Shown here piece by piece: positions 11,701 to 26,700 of a stretch of DNA of 64,000 nucleotides. Source of the stretch: Styela clava (Eukaryota); assembly GCF_964204865.1 (NCBI RefSeq), contig NC_135264.1:8618001-8682000 (forward strand), given 5' to 3'. The first letter of the stretch is position 1; each line of letters begins with the position of its first letter. The notes beneath the pieces are model-generated. The model did no database searches and had not been told where the DNA came from. It saw only the letters and a program-made list of their open reading frames with translations. The position numbers and the translations under genes are program-made.

Positions 11701-14700
11701 GCTTGAAGTTGCCCTTTCAACATTTGCATGAGATTAATAAGATTATCACACGCGAGTACTGACCACAACTCCTCATGGGAATAATCTAAATGAAACTCAC
11801 CCGACGTTATGGAAATCCCACTCGTGTAATAAAGAAGATTCCTTTGCCTCTTGATGTTTAATTCAGTGTGCGCATATCATCAGAGCATTCACGTTTGTCT
11901 TCACATAGTCAATGTGACGTGGATCCGTCAATGTAATGAGGCAGTGACAGATTTATAGAATGGAAATTCAAGAAATCGAAGAATCAATTGTTTGATAACA
12001 CTATTTTTCAATAGTCAAATTATTTTATATGTATTGTTAGAGACAATTATATCATCTTTATGTTACCAGTAATATACTAAAATTTGTGTTGTTCTTTATG
12101 CCGAAATATTTATAAAGAATAATATGAGTACGTTGTGATACTCAACTTTCTTAATTAATAAATTTAATACAAAAATGCGCTTTATTTACACATTTTGGCA
12201 ATAACTCCATAAAATCAGATTTTTACTTATTCAGTTATCATTATATATATATATATATATTATTTATCATCTGTATTGACCAGTGACTATCACACACCTC
12301 AAAACGCCCAGAAAAATGATCGCCTGCAAAATTCGGAATGTGTTCTAAGATTCGTTTACATGAATTGATCTATGTATTTGTTCTAATGTTTCTATCAAAC
12401 AGGGAATGAATAATCAAAACGTGTTAGTTAACTTATAACATTTTTTTCGCGCGACGGTCAACGAAATTCAAGAAGTTGTCATCGAGAGTTCAAACAGAAT
12501 ACAAGAATAGAATCTATTGTTTCAGTTGACTCAAACTACCTAATTAGCATCCAGAATTGATACGATTAGGAACTGAAGTCACGCGATCTGTTCTAGAAAA
12601 AAAAATGTAAATTCTTTGAAAAGTTGAAGATAATTTGAACGGCAAAGTACCACTTCGTTTGTAAACTAATCCTTGTCGAGCACGAGTACATATTCGCCCA
12701 AGTATAAATTAACAGATTTGTTTGAATAGGTAGATGAGTAGAATATCAGATTAAGGTAAAGTTTACGTTTCATCCATAAGACACCAGTTGGTATGCGGCC
12801 ATTAGCATTTCGTGTTTCTCTTATCTTAGCTTCCCAGTCGCTTACAAGTTGTTACTACTCCAGATTGTCGCGGGTCATTTGACGTCATCAATCGAAAAGG
12901 CCTGTTTCGTGTTTTGGAAGTATGTGCATTTCCATGACCCAGGCAGACCAACACATCTTCACCTTGAATCAGAATAAAATCATTTAGGTTGGAGGGTTTG
13001 GATGAGACCGTGGGAATGACCTATCCCACCCCAGTCAAGAGTGCTGTAAAGATTAAAGGATTTTGGAAATCTTGTTCCAAACAAGTTCATTTTTGGTGGT
13101 CAGAATATAATAGTGTCGATTGGAGGGAATTTCTCAACTTCATCCGTAGACTCTGTAAGAGCGATAAGAGTGTGGTTTTTGAATACTTTGTCGCATGATT
13201 TTCCTGACATAGAAAGAATTTCAAAAGCCAAACATCTGTTCAATTATAATTAGAATAACAATGTTTGTAAGTCGGAAAATTACGTCACTCTTGCCTAAAA
13301 GAAGTTTGGGTTCGGATGATTAATCATGATTAATTTTTTTTTACATCAGGATCACAATGTTCAGATCTAGACCATAAATCCTTTTCGGGTCCTGGCTTTA
13401 TAGATGGAATTTGGTTGTCGCAAGATCAGACGAATTAACAATCTGTAATGAGACGGAGTACATTCGCAGCCATTCAAGGAAGCATTTACTAAAACTTTGT
13501 CATTTTCCCGCTCTTTTATTTCATGTCAACCGTATCGCTTTAAGTGAGGACCCCAATTCAAAAAGCGGCAGCTTTAGATAAACCCATTCACAAAAATTAT
13601 TATCTTTTACTTCAGTTAGAAAAAGTCCTCGTCATCATGTATTTCCACTTTTGAGTTTTGATCATAAATTTCGAAATTATACATTTGTTAAAAACATCAT
13701 TTGTTTGCCGAACGCTAGTATTTCAGTTTTTATTGGTCGTTTTGAACGCATTACAAAAGAAACATTACTTGGGTGTAAACTGCCACATTTTAACTGCAAC
13801 AAAAGCCTTTTAACCTATTTCTATGCCATTCTGGAACAAAATTTATTTCCATGGGCTATACACGACATAATATGTTAATGTATAAACAGTATAGAGATTT
13901 ACCTAAACGGTCAATTTCGGGGTTGAAGGGGGCTTGTCTATCAGCAAATGTCAGTTCGCGCGAGACTAGTCATTTGACACCTGCTGGGAAGTTCATTCGA
14001 CCCATAAATGCTCGCTCACTTGTTACATTTCAAGTAACGACGACTTATCGTTTTCCTGCCGTTCCGCCCAATTAAGAGATTCGAAACCCTTTTCCCTGTT
14101 TCACTGCATAAAAAAGGCACTTTATGCACTCTCACCAGTGTTTAGGAACGGTTACTGATAAGAGTTGAGTTATGACGTTTATTCAAACGATCTAATCTGT
14201 TTCAACGTTTCAAATGTTTGATATTGGTATTGATAATGGTTTTAACACAATAACTATAGTCAAAAGTGATTGTCGACGAATTTTTGGTGGCATTTAATTA
14301 GTCAGTCAATATGTCTGACTACAAAAATTTCAAATCATGGGATAACAATGGCCGATCGGTACGGAATTTTTACATCGGGTTTGGCGACGCCAGTCAGGAG
14401 TCCCATGTCCTAAGCGAGGTGGCTGTCATCGAGTAGTCATTTCCAAAGCATGAATATTTTACAATTTCAACAGTTGACTTCTGAATTGTCACGGTTTTAT
14501 GTGGCTCCAATGGATATCCGTTGCCAGTTTTACAGTTTAATTTAAAAGTGTGTTCCTTGTACTAAATGACAAACACGAAAGTTAGTTAGAACATAATTAT
14601 GGGCTACGTTTGGCACGTGTGATAGAACGATGCTTGATCGTTGCCAACTCCTTTCACGATACAATAGGATTAGTTCGGCGCAATTGATATAAAAAATATT

Positions 14701-17700
14701 TGCACTGAACGGAAGTTTGCTTTTCGTGGTCGTCGTCGTTTTGTGCTATCTCATTCACCATAACCGCTCAATACGCTTACTCACTATGAATGTTAATGTC
14801 GTAGTATTTATAGTTCTATTATACTATAGTTTGAATTTTACGTTGTGGGTTTTAATCGCGCCGGGTTGTGTGACACGCCAACAAAAATCGTTGTCGCTGC
14901 CGAGTCATGTGTTAGCAAATGTCAATGCAGTTAAAAGTGAGTTTACGACAATATGTAGGTCAACCTGCTTTACAGTGAAACAGTGGAAAATTCACTGTAA
15001 ATTATACAGGGCATATCAAATCGTTTCTCGCGTACAAGCAAAATTTCCCTTGCGCCCGGATTGGTCGCCTTAGTATGGAAATTACCAGAAACACGATAAA
15101 AATGTCTATAGATATAGTATATCTGATACACATAATCCGAAGATAAGGAAAACGTCAGCGTCAGGTTCGAACGTTTTCACACGCTCATATTTAAGGAATT
15201 TTAAGCCCAGACACGAAATGAATAATTTGTATGCAACCAAGTGCAGGCCCCATCATGCCAATGAAAGTAATCGATGCCCATTACATAAAAATATAGAAAC
15301 TGACATAACACCTTGACATTGTATGTGAAATTGGAGGCACAAGAAACTACTCCCACTCATGAAAAAATGTGGATGATTCATCCTGAATTACTTTTTGAAT
15401 ATGGATAAACGTCCATGAAAACACTATTTATCTAAGAAATGAAGTTGATAATATCACAACAGACAAAAATCTTAAAATTTCAAAAAGTCCCGTTCAACAA
15501 ATTTAGTATTATTAGATCGACAGTCTTGGTATCTGTGCCATATCTTTCTACGACGGATATTGGAGAATATATAGGATATTAGCGAAACACTAAATCTTTG
15601 TAAGTTCGACGAAAAACACCTGGAACGGCAGACTAATTTTGCAGCTGGTTATCACTTTAGTTTATATGTCGTTTTTATGTGAAATCGTGACTTGAAATAA
15701 CTAAATCTATATTGTAAAATTTATATTTATGACTTTGTATATTATAATATTTTTTCACGCAAATTGGAATATATGTTTTTTTAATTGTTAAAACTTTTCA
15801 TTATGTCTGCCGACTATATATATATATAGTATATGAGATATTTCTAATATAATAATTTGGTCTACTTGGGACGGCAATCTTTTCGGATTCGTAACATAAA
15901 TTCCTCATGATATTTTATATATTTAGAATGTCGAATATTATTACGAAAAAGGTGTCTTGAGTTCATTTTTTTGAGAATTAATTACCCGTCATAGTGTATT
16001 TTGGGGGATATCTAATTGAATAATCATTTAGACAAATGGAATGAAATAGCATTCTCACCCACTGCATGTACATCGTTATATGAGTCAGTTTACTCTCCTA
16101 CTCAGAGTGTTGAAATTATCTTTTGTATCTCTTTCTCAAATGAGTTTTTTCATCACGACATGCTCCGCGATTTTTCATTCTTTGAATTTTCTCTGTTGTA
16201 ATATACATTCCAAAAATGTGACATTCAAATAAAATAAACCGGACGTTGAACCTACCGCCTGCCGTTTTATTATTTGGCGCGAACGTTGATTTTGCAATAC
16301 ACAGTCAGAAATAAACGTTTTTCTTAACAAATGTTTGAGTTTTGTAACTCTGTACATATAACTTTGTTTGCTCATTTGAAACGAGGCGCAGAAAGGAGAG
16401 GTGCAATCAAAATGTAGTAAAATTACCTGCTTTTCAAAACAATCCGTGTCTGTTTGACGCATGCATATGACGTGGACAAGCTCGAATGAAATGTGATGTT
16501 GGTGTATATACATTGAAATTACTCAAAAACTTAATATTTTATTTTAAGTATTAATATGAACATGTTTGCTGGTGACTAAGCTGGATCGTCTCATGGGTAA
16601 TATGGTGTCGAGGTCATCAATTGCGTATATTGGCAAGGCCTCAATTTTGTCACATTCTATGCAGATGAGGTTTAATTAACTACAAAATCTAATTATAATC
16701 TTTAGCGTTATTGGTTGATAAGTGACATGTATAGGTAATAGCTAATTCTGATGTATTGCTTGTATTCGTCAGTTTATTGAGAATAGTGGATCGACTTTGT
16801 TCTAATTGCACGACTAAAAAATCCAGATTGCATAGCTTGCAACCAAAAAGGCAAAAAGCAACGGACATTATGACGCCACAATATCCCAATATTATGTTCA
16901 GTCAGAGAAGCATTTAGTTCAGATTAGTATTGCTGTTACAATAGTGAAAGCAAGTTACCTTTCATTGCAGTTAATTTCGTTATTATTGTTGAAAAATAAC
17001 ATCTTTTTTAACATTATCAATTTAATTGCAAAATACCGGCAATCGAGTAGCCTACGAGATAAGCTTTTCCCATTTCGTTGCTGTTGTTCACAAAACAAAA
17101 TCGAATGATCTTCTTTGTGCTTGGAATTAGTGATGTGGCTCAATCTGTTATAAAAGGTTTATTAAAACATTAATTGAATTGCTTGTTATCTTCTTGTTCC
17201 AATTGAGCAATTTTCTCATAAATGAAAAAGCAACTAGCATTTAATTTAATTCAGTATTTAAATTCTTTTTATGTGTAGTCTTTTCAATGATTTGAAATAA
17301 TCAGTATACTTGTAACACTTGAGGGAATTAGCTGTAAAAGTTGTCGTAATGAAGAGTGCTCCAATGTCCAGAATGGTTTTTCAAATTAGTGGGCCTTTGT
17401 TACCAATAGACATGTTGTGCTTTGCTGTTTCTTGTTTATATTCATAATCCATGTGCTTCAAATCATTGTAACTTCGTACAATGACACTTGTCATATTACG
17501 AATGAAACCTCAATTTTCTGAGAGCGTATTTGAACGTTGGAATTAGTCTGTACTGGAAGTATGGAGGGAAATATATTTTATAGATAATCAAATATTGACA
17601 ATGAACACATTGCATAGTAATTCATTTATTGCTGCATACAATATATCGATCTGGAATGCACATATTATAACAACAAAAAGTTGCAAGTTTGGAATTATTT

Positions 17701-20700
17701 CCGGAAAGAGAGGAACTGTGAACATAATTTTCCTAATAACTTCGCGAAACTAATTTTTGTAACGAGATCGAATCCTCGAAGGAATTTCTCGACAGTTTCT
17801 AACGTGTACTTCGCTCTAAGTGTCCGATTGCTTCTCCCCGCGTTATAAATGCTAGTTAAATAGTATTGGACCACTCAAATAAAAATTACTAGGCTATAAT
17901 TCACGTAGAAACGATAACCATGATTGCCTGAAATTATACTTTTGTCCGCATGAATTATCATATTTTTGAGTTGCATTTATTACTAATGTCGGTCTTTCTT
18001 TTAGTGAAACTGAACATTGCCGGTCACTATTATTTCTAATTAGGTAACCACCAAGTTTGCACCATTCAAAAGCTGAATATAGTAATTAATATATATATAT
18101 CCACTTAATGTACTCAAGCCGAAATCGTAATTTTTGGTTCCTTGTTGTTGGTTGAACATTTGGAACCCTGGTGTTATGAAGTTGTTTCACAATAACAGTG
18201 GTATACAACAATATGACAATATTTAAATGAAGACAACATGAACATATGTTAAAAGTAGGGATGAATAAAATATAATATTTCAAACCAATCACAAACTTAC
18301 GCCAAACTATACCACGCAAATCCACGGATCACACTTGATCGCAAATTCTTTCTCGCGAAGGTATGCCAATTGAATTTCGAATTACACGTGTATATTTTTA
18401 TTTTCATTGCCTCCGTGTCGGGTGTGGTTTGTGGTGGTATATAATATGTATATTTTGTTTCGCGTTTATGTTCCGTGTCAGATTGAGGTACCGTTCCACT
18501 TTCACGTTTCTCAGGTGATGCCATATTCACTCATACGTAATCGTTATGGATTCCTTACAAGTACAATATTTGGATGCGCAATCAAGTTTAGAAACTGAAA
18601 TTATTGTTTAGTCATTAGCGTCAAAACATACGCGGTTTTGTGGACCCATGGCAGCAAATTAAAATTTCTGCGTTCGTTTTAAGAGACTGATGATTAGTTT
18701 CGTTTTAACTATTCAATATTTGGTAAAATTTATGGATTGAGAATTGCAATACTTGCTGAATAACGCGAAGCTATGGAAGTTCATAGAAACACGTCCTAAA
18801 AGAGTGTGTACATGCATAAAATAGTCCTAACTGTTGAAATTAATTGTATTAAACTGTATTGTTTGGTATGATTTGGATTTCGGTACAAAAACAAATTTCA
18901 ACCTAATTCAACAATTAGCACGATTGCAAATCCGTGCTTAATGTGAATTGAAGTTTTGCTAATAGTAATTGGCAATATGTGAATTAAGGTCCTCGGTATG
19001 CAATCCCAGGAAGACATTTCTAGTTACACTATAACCATAACGTACATTTTCTTAAATAATAATAACCCAGGAACGTTTGGTGCATAGTAATTATCGCATT
19101 GAGGAAAATGACACTTAGGCAGCGTCGGTAATCCGTCGCCTGATTTAAACCGCGCTTTTGTTGACTTTTACTAGAATTAGACGATTGTATCTGCAGCTGG
19201 AAAGTCGACTTTCTTCAGGAAGAGTTTTGTGTAAAAATACTTACGTTTTAGTGTTAATATGCGGGTTAGATTACGCGAATTTGCCGCTCAGTATTCGTTG
19301 CCAGCATGCAACGTAATAGTTTTTGGACTGTTTAAAGCGTCAATATAAATTCATGAATTCTTAGGTTTTTGTGGTAGTGAGTATAGTCTCTTATACTAAC
19401 AAAGCTAGGAATTTTACATTATGATCATATTCAATTAAGGTTTGACATTGAAATATGAGCGTTTCCAGATAATATTTTATCTAAAGTCAACTTTGAAATG
19501 ATGGGATTAGTAAAGAAAGACAGTAGTTACGTCATTACAAAAGACGCGTGTCGTTTATCCCCTAACAAAAAGATAGACAACATTCTTGCATAATGATAGT
19601 GTCGCAAGCTTACCGGCATATCTAGAAAGAATATATTGGCAAGAAGTGGATTTAGAATATTTGCTCCTTCACTTTCTATGTCAGTATTTTCCAAAAACGA
19701 TAGAAATATAGAGACAGTATTAGGTGGAATTTTGTTTGTTGAATTGCATAGATTACACGAGTTATAAAAAATAACTTTTTTACTAGATTTTTAACTTGAG
19801 GGCGGGGACGAGATGTATTGGTACTAACATACATGTATAGGTGACACATCCTTGTCTATATCAAAGACGTTTTCCTGTCACTAATTTACGGTTCATTAGG
19901 CAGGGACACCTTCTTATATTATGTGTAAACATACCAACAGATTGGATTCGCTCACGTATGAAGTATAGATAAATCGAGGTCTAAATCTTGATTTATTGTT
20001 GGGGTATGCATTTCCAAGTATATTTATCAATAACATGTTCGTAATGATTTTTAAATTGGCAATGTGGTGGCACTCACATCCTTGAGTTACGCCAGAAGAT
20101 GATACAAAATATCGTACAAAGTTCACAATCAGTATGACAATCAATATGAGTAAAAAATTAGTTTTATGGCTCCTGAATGAATAATACAGATAACTTTATT
20201 ATCTGCTATGTCTGAAAGGAAATTGATGGACGTACATGATTTTGAAGTATTGCTTTCAAATTTGTCTCATACTCTTGTGTTTTCAAACTCTTTTGATGAA
20301 AATAATTTATTTGTTGTGGTGAAATATAAGCCGTATAAATAGTGTAAATGTAATATGTAGAGTCAAGATTAGCTGTAATTTTATAATATTAGGATCTTTA
20401 TCTGTTTTGAGCAATTCTATTTTAATGTATTTTTATTGAGTCAAAGGTAAAGAGTTCAAATATACACATCAATATGAGATAGCTGCCCTGCTTCATATTT
20501 AAAATATAAACTGTAAATTTGATCTAAAATTTGCAAACTTTTTTTTACAGTAAAGAAAGCTATATACCTAATAGCTTTAAAAACTGTTTTATGGTTTAGT
20601 CAAAATTAAAGTAGAACTGTTAAAAAAATTCATTTTTTTGATAATTTATTCAGTTTTATAAGTGCTCTTTTTTATTTTAGAAGTCCGCACCAAAATAATC

Positions 20701-23700
20701 AGGTTGGCTAGCATTCATGCCAATTTATAATAATTAACAACAAATCGTAAATTAAGCAAAATGGCAGACTGTTTTTTAATAAATTTCTTGCAAGAGATAA
20801 TCCAATTTCGTGGCCTATGTACTTCCATTTTCGCCTCGACTCGATGCTTACAATTCACCTCATAGTTCACAAAAATAGAATTTGTTCTTCCATTCAGATG
20901 TCACCACCTTACCATTACTTTTGCTTAAATATGCCGCGACGCGAATTCCTATTCAAAACTACCTTACGTAATGATTGTGGAATAAAATTCCATCCCATTA
21001 CGGAAGCTAACAAGTTAGAGCGAGGATTTAATTTTTCTTCCGTTTGGCCTAACCCAGCTATGTTGAGTTATTATAGTCAATAATAACTAATGTTGCGCAA
21101 ATAGGTTTGGTGTAAAGCCCTTGAACAAAAGCGGTCGCGTTAAAGTGGGGGATACGGATGTCGTGTAGTGAAAGGGCAAGCAACGACACTTGAAGATATT
21201 TCGCCCGATACTTGTCGCAAAACTTGAGAATAATTTCGTTAGCAGATGTGAAGGTACACAGCGATAGGGAAATTGAATCGCTCTTTATTTACCAAACATG
21301 AGCCAGAGATAAAATATAAATGATTTTCATGGCATCATAGTTGATCTTTGAAGTAATTATGATTTAGTAGTTCGAGTCTGGAAAGAAATAGCGAATGGAA
21401 TAGATATGTACTTAGCAATGAGAAACGTAATAATTACCTTCCCAATTTAAAACTGTTTCAGTTAGAAGCTTTTGTAATTTAATACAACGTAGCTGGTTAA
21501 TTTCTCATAAGTTTTTTAAAAATATTTTTTTGAGTAATTTGGCAATCAATTTGAGTCCTACATTCGACATCTTTCAAACTCTGGAATTGTCTCTAAAATT
21601 GTAAAAAAGGTGTATTTTACAAGTGCCTTACTTAATATGATCATAAATTTCAAATATCCTTCTGTTCTGAGTTTTTGTGAGTATTGGTATAGTATAGACA
21701 AGACGCCGATGAGAAATAGATCCAATAGCAGACATGAAAACGATAAAATTCGCCCAATTGTCATATGAAATGTCGTAGTAAGCGACAAAAAGTTGCTTTC
21801 GCGCACCCGATAAACGTTTTGTATTTTGCGGACAAAATGTGACATCTGAGGCCACGCTTATACATTACAAATGTCGATAAATTTAAAAATCTTGAAAGAT
21901 AACAGATTTCATAACTGTTGAGAATAACGTAAAAATTATTCGAAAATTGGGTCGGTGACTTCAGTAGCAAAATAACTATTTTGGATTGAGTATTTGATTC
22001 TAGTAATACTTTAATGTTACATGGTCATTGATGCTCTTAGGTTGCCAATCAAATTATAGTTCCAATAATATTTCCCACAATTACCTAGATCGTTTTCTGA
22101 TTAGTTTTCATACGAGTGTAAATTGAGGGTATGAGAGAGTGAATAAGATGCAGTTATGCTAAACTTCTACTACACGTCTTTCCCATTGCTTAGCGACTTG
22201 GGTAAATCTGGTAAACTAAATCCCATAACTCAAAGTAAATAAACAATCGAACAAGTTTAGTCTACTTTGTGTTTCTCTTTATCCGAGGTAAGCTTATAAT
22301 CTGCCAGGAAGGATCAACAAATTAACTCCAGATTTGGTATAGTGTCAAGTTTCGGAATTTTCATACATTCTTCCCATGTAGACCTATTTGGTTTGTTTGT
22401 ATGTTGGCATTGAAGGCCAAATTGATAACCGTTTCACATAAGAAAGTATTAAAAGGTTTTTATGATCTAAAAGAGAAGAATTGAAAAACGTGTTCAATGT
22501 GTTCAGAATTACAATGTCAGCGGTTTATTATGTTCAAGTAGTTGTCAGATTATGACTGGTTAAATTGTATGTTTCAGCCTTTTTTTCTGTTGAACTCCCT
22601 CCCTAAACTTAGGGCTGTAATTAGCCTTTTGTACCACAATTTTTCATATCTCTTCTAATATTTCAATATACCTACATCTGAGTTTGTTGCCTATTTAATT
22701 CGTGGTTCTGCTTTACAAATGTATAACCCCGTTGAACAGAAGTTATAAGTGCTTGTCTGTTCACTTCACCAAGTCTTTCACCACGCCTTTAAACGAGTAA
22801 CATAAATAAACATCAAATATAAATAATGTTCTTTCAATTCCTCTAGAAGTGTGTGCCTTAGTATGTCAAATGTGCCAAAGCTTAGAGTAAGAATTTGAAT
22901 TGTTACAAATGGCATACAATAACTCTTCAAGGATTTGCAAGAGAAGATTGTAAATTTTTGGCAACAGCTTTTTGTGTCATGACGTCACCAAAGTCTGTTA
23001 GCGTTTCTGAACAAGAGTCGGCATCGTGGTGCAGTGAACCTCAAAAGATGGCGGAAAACGTATCAATGCTGTCAGCGTCTGATGCGGTTATCGAGGACAA
23101 AATTTGTTCAGGCCTTTCAGATTTAAGTCAAGCGTGCCACGTGACCCCTTGTGCTTTTGAGCAAAGGAAACGATCAAACTTAGTTTCAAAGGTTTTTGAT
23201 GAAGGATTTACAAACTCCGACATTTTTGAGGATATCACTCATATGAAAACCGTCTTCAGAAAGACGCCCGCTTCATGTGAAATGCGACAAATGAGGAGAC
23301 ATTTAGCGACTCAATCCTCTTCTCACGTTACAAAAATATCTTCAAATTGTCCAAAAAGGCAATTTACTCAAATCAACGATAATTATATGAAAGAAACCTT
23401 AACGAACTCCAGTAGAAAATCTTTCGTCAGAACAATTCAACCATGCAACAGATTATGTACAAAGTGTCGTTCACGTCATTTTAGTCCTTTAAAAAACCTA
23501 TTTATTTATTCGGTTTTCGTCATTGTCATCTTCCTGGCACACCATCCTGTGTTGTCTGCTAAAACTCGGCATCTGAGGAAGCGACAGCGTGATACAGATT
23601 TAGGTGTAAACGAAATTATTATGCCTATGTTTCCGAATGCTGGATCTAATGAAGGTACAGTTTCAATGACATAGATTGTATTTAATCGTATAAAAACTAG

Positions 23701-26700
23701 GTGACAGTTACATACTAATTTCTTATTTTTTCACCACGTTTTGCGGAACAGTATCGGTGTATGCGTTCATTCTTCTAACCAATGTGGAAATAGGGCCCGT
23801 TCATGTTCAAATTTCTGAATATTTAACTGATTTCATTTGCATTGCTGTGTTATGGCCGGTTAATATGATTCTGATAGCAACTGATTTTTGAGGCCAAAGT
23901 ATGGTAACAGAGCATATGGTATACCAGCCAGTTTCCCACCCGTTTCCAAAACCATCCCCGACCTTTCATGAGCTTTATACTATTGTTACGTAGGAAGTAT
24001 TTCTGACACTTGGCAAATATCAGCCACTATATTTCAAGCAATATAATACTATAGGTCTGCCCACATTTTTTGAAAAAAAAGGTGTGTCTCCTTGTTTGCT
24101 TTTTATCAAAGGCGAATAAACCGACGATTAAATTGAGTGTTCCCACATTGTGTATCTGTTAACACCATCGCTTTCTTAAGAATGTTTATTTAAATAGTAA
24201 ATACACAACGGGAACATGGGTGAAGATTCAAAATTCGGCATAGGAATATTCCACCAACACTAATGAATTCTTCTAATAATTATATTAAAGCAGAATGCAT
24301 TACATTCACATGTATAAGAAAAATTCCGCATGCATTTAAATTACAAAAAAAGAATCTATTGAATAAACTTAAATTCCACATATTCGAGTTTCCTTCATGT
24401 GTACAATAAAAAATTAAAATTGCATAACATCGTAAACTCCTGCTGATGCACTCGGACGAATTCGATTAAGCATTTCCCAGTAAAAATTTTATTTTATTTT
24501 GTTCATCAGAAGACCATGAAGATTTTATACCAACTGCCTAGATTTAAAACGATAATTATGATCAAAACCGCGATTTTGTTAGTTGCATAATTAATTGATA
24601 AATGATGTCAAAATTTGTGTTACATTCAAGCAAAAAATTGACCTGTAAATATTACCTTCGTGTAACTGTTTATATGCGTATGAATTGAACCATTTTTCAA
24701 CATATCTTTGTTTGATTACGCTACATCAAGATATATTCAAAGTTAATCATTAACAATCTTGAAAAATCACAAATTTAGTGATATTTTCACGTATTTCAAA
24801 GCAGTATGATCATCGTTAAATCACTATTGGTAATGATTTCGCGAAGTTTTTACATTGTTCAGAGTTAAATACAGTGAAATTGCATTTAATCTGTCAAATT
24901 TTTAGTAGTAGATTATGATATCGTATTATTTTGATATTTGGTGTGACGTATAACAAACGTATCAAGTTTCTATTGCGGCTTACATGTATTACAATCGTAT
25001 AATCATTCGACACCAAACACGCCGCCGTGACCTCTAATTTTGCCAAAATTAGTTTTATTCAACAAAGCCAAATTTTATTATCCGTGACGTTGGTATACTT
25101 TGAAGTACCTTATTGTTAATGTTCGAGTAAAATTATATTAATATCACCCACATCACAATGAAAAAATTGATAACACCACAACAACTTGAACCTTGGTAGT
25201 CAAGGAAGCTCTGATGCGCAGTTGTATGACTTAAACAGACACGGGTGAGAAGGCGCGTGTCTGTGAACAATTTTAAGAGTTTGGCGTGTAAATAAATTTT
25301 AAACTAACCGGTATCATTAAACTAAATCTTTCATCGGAGTGTTAAGAAACATTAGTGAAATGATTTATACGCCGGGAAACAATTTATCGCATATTTCAGT
25401 TCTTAAATTTCATTGGAGAATATTATTCATACATGCTTTGATACTTCAAGGATATGGTTTCTTGAAAATGAGAATGAAACACGGGATAATGTGACACGAG
25501 CTATGTCAAATAAAGGGTTAGTGGTAAATTCCAATAAAATGAATAATAATATTAACAAGGGAGCGATGCTCAAATATTTGGACAAGAAGACCAAAACGAA
25601 ATAGTACGTTATGCAATATGGCACAGTAGACTACCGCCACAAGGTGCGCAATTTTTAATTTTAATGACGTCATCGAAAGACGATCGATTTGTAAATTTTG
25701 TGTTCCAAAATTTGTTTAATGCATATAGCATGTACTTCGAAACCAAGTTGAACTAACGACCCCAGCGTCTTCCAAATCCAACATTTTTGTTGCGAATATC
25801 ACTATATTTACATTGTTTACAGGTCTTTATCCGTCAATGGTGAACCTCGCCGCTCAAGCTCGTATAGTCGCAAATGCTACTTGTGGTGAAAATGGCCCAG
25901 AACAATTTTGTAAGCTGGTAGAACATGTTCATCGGATATCAAGACGACGACGGAAACGGAGTCAATGTGACGTGAGTGTTGCAAATACTAGTGGCGTTAG
26001 TGTACAGATCAGTCTTTAAAAATCCCAATATTTATGGCGCATATAGTCTACCGATGATGTTTCTCCGACCCTTGACCTCAGAGAATTCCTCCTTATACTT
26101 TACTATTACAAAATTTCGGATGCTCATAATGCGAGTGTTCTGGAGCTTACAAATTAGTTTACATGTTCATAACTATCATTTTTATTGAAAACATTCATCC
26201 ATGTGTCGCTTGCAGGTACTGATAATAATTTTAGCCTATAGTCTATCGCAGTTTTTGATTATTGTACGTAAACTGGAGCTCTTCGAAAGACTATAGTGGC
26301 CTTTAGGTTATTTCATTTATAACTAATTTTCGGAAACACTACTGAAAATTGACAAATAACACACAAAACCACTAAAAGGAGGCTACGTTTACAACCATGC
26401 TTGGGTATCTGTATGAGGGAAAGAAGTGTCTAAGCGGCTGCACAAATTGCAATTGTTACGTCATTGTTGACTTATTGCTGTTTGGTAATTGTTACGGAAA
26501 TAAACAGGTAAACCAATTCTAGGAGAAACGTTCATAGTATCGTAACGAGCCGATGAATTCTCATGGATGTATTCATTTCATCTCCTTGGGTCTATACATC
26601 TCTTACCAATGAGCACCCTTTCCGTGATTCTATTCCCAGCTTTCAGACATTCTAGTTGTTATTCCCGGTTTATGCAACTGATGGGAAATTGACTAGATTA

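Noticed and set aside
18363-18520. Hydrophobic short ORFs with donor-like sites as a further leader exon
   Set aside because: The donors fall in phase 0 or 2, incompatible with the phase-1 LN acceptor, and the hydrophobicity is explained by T-rich DNA.
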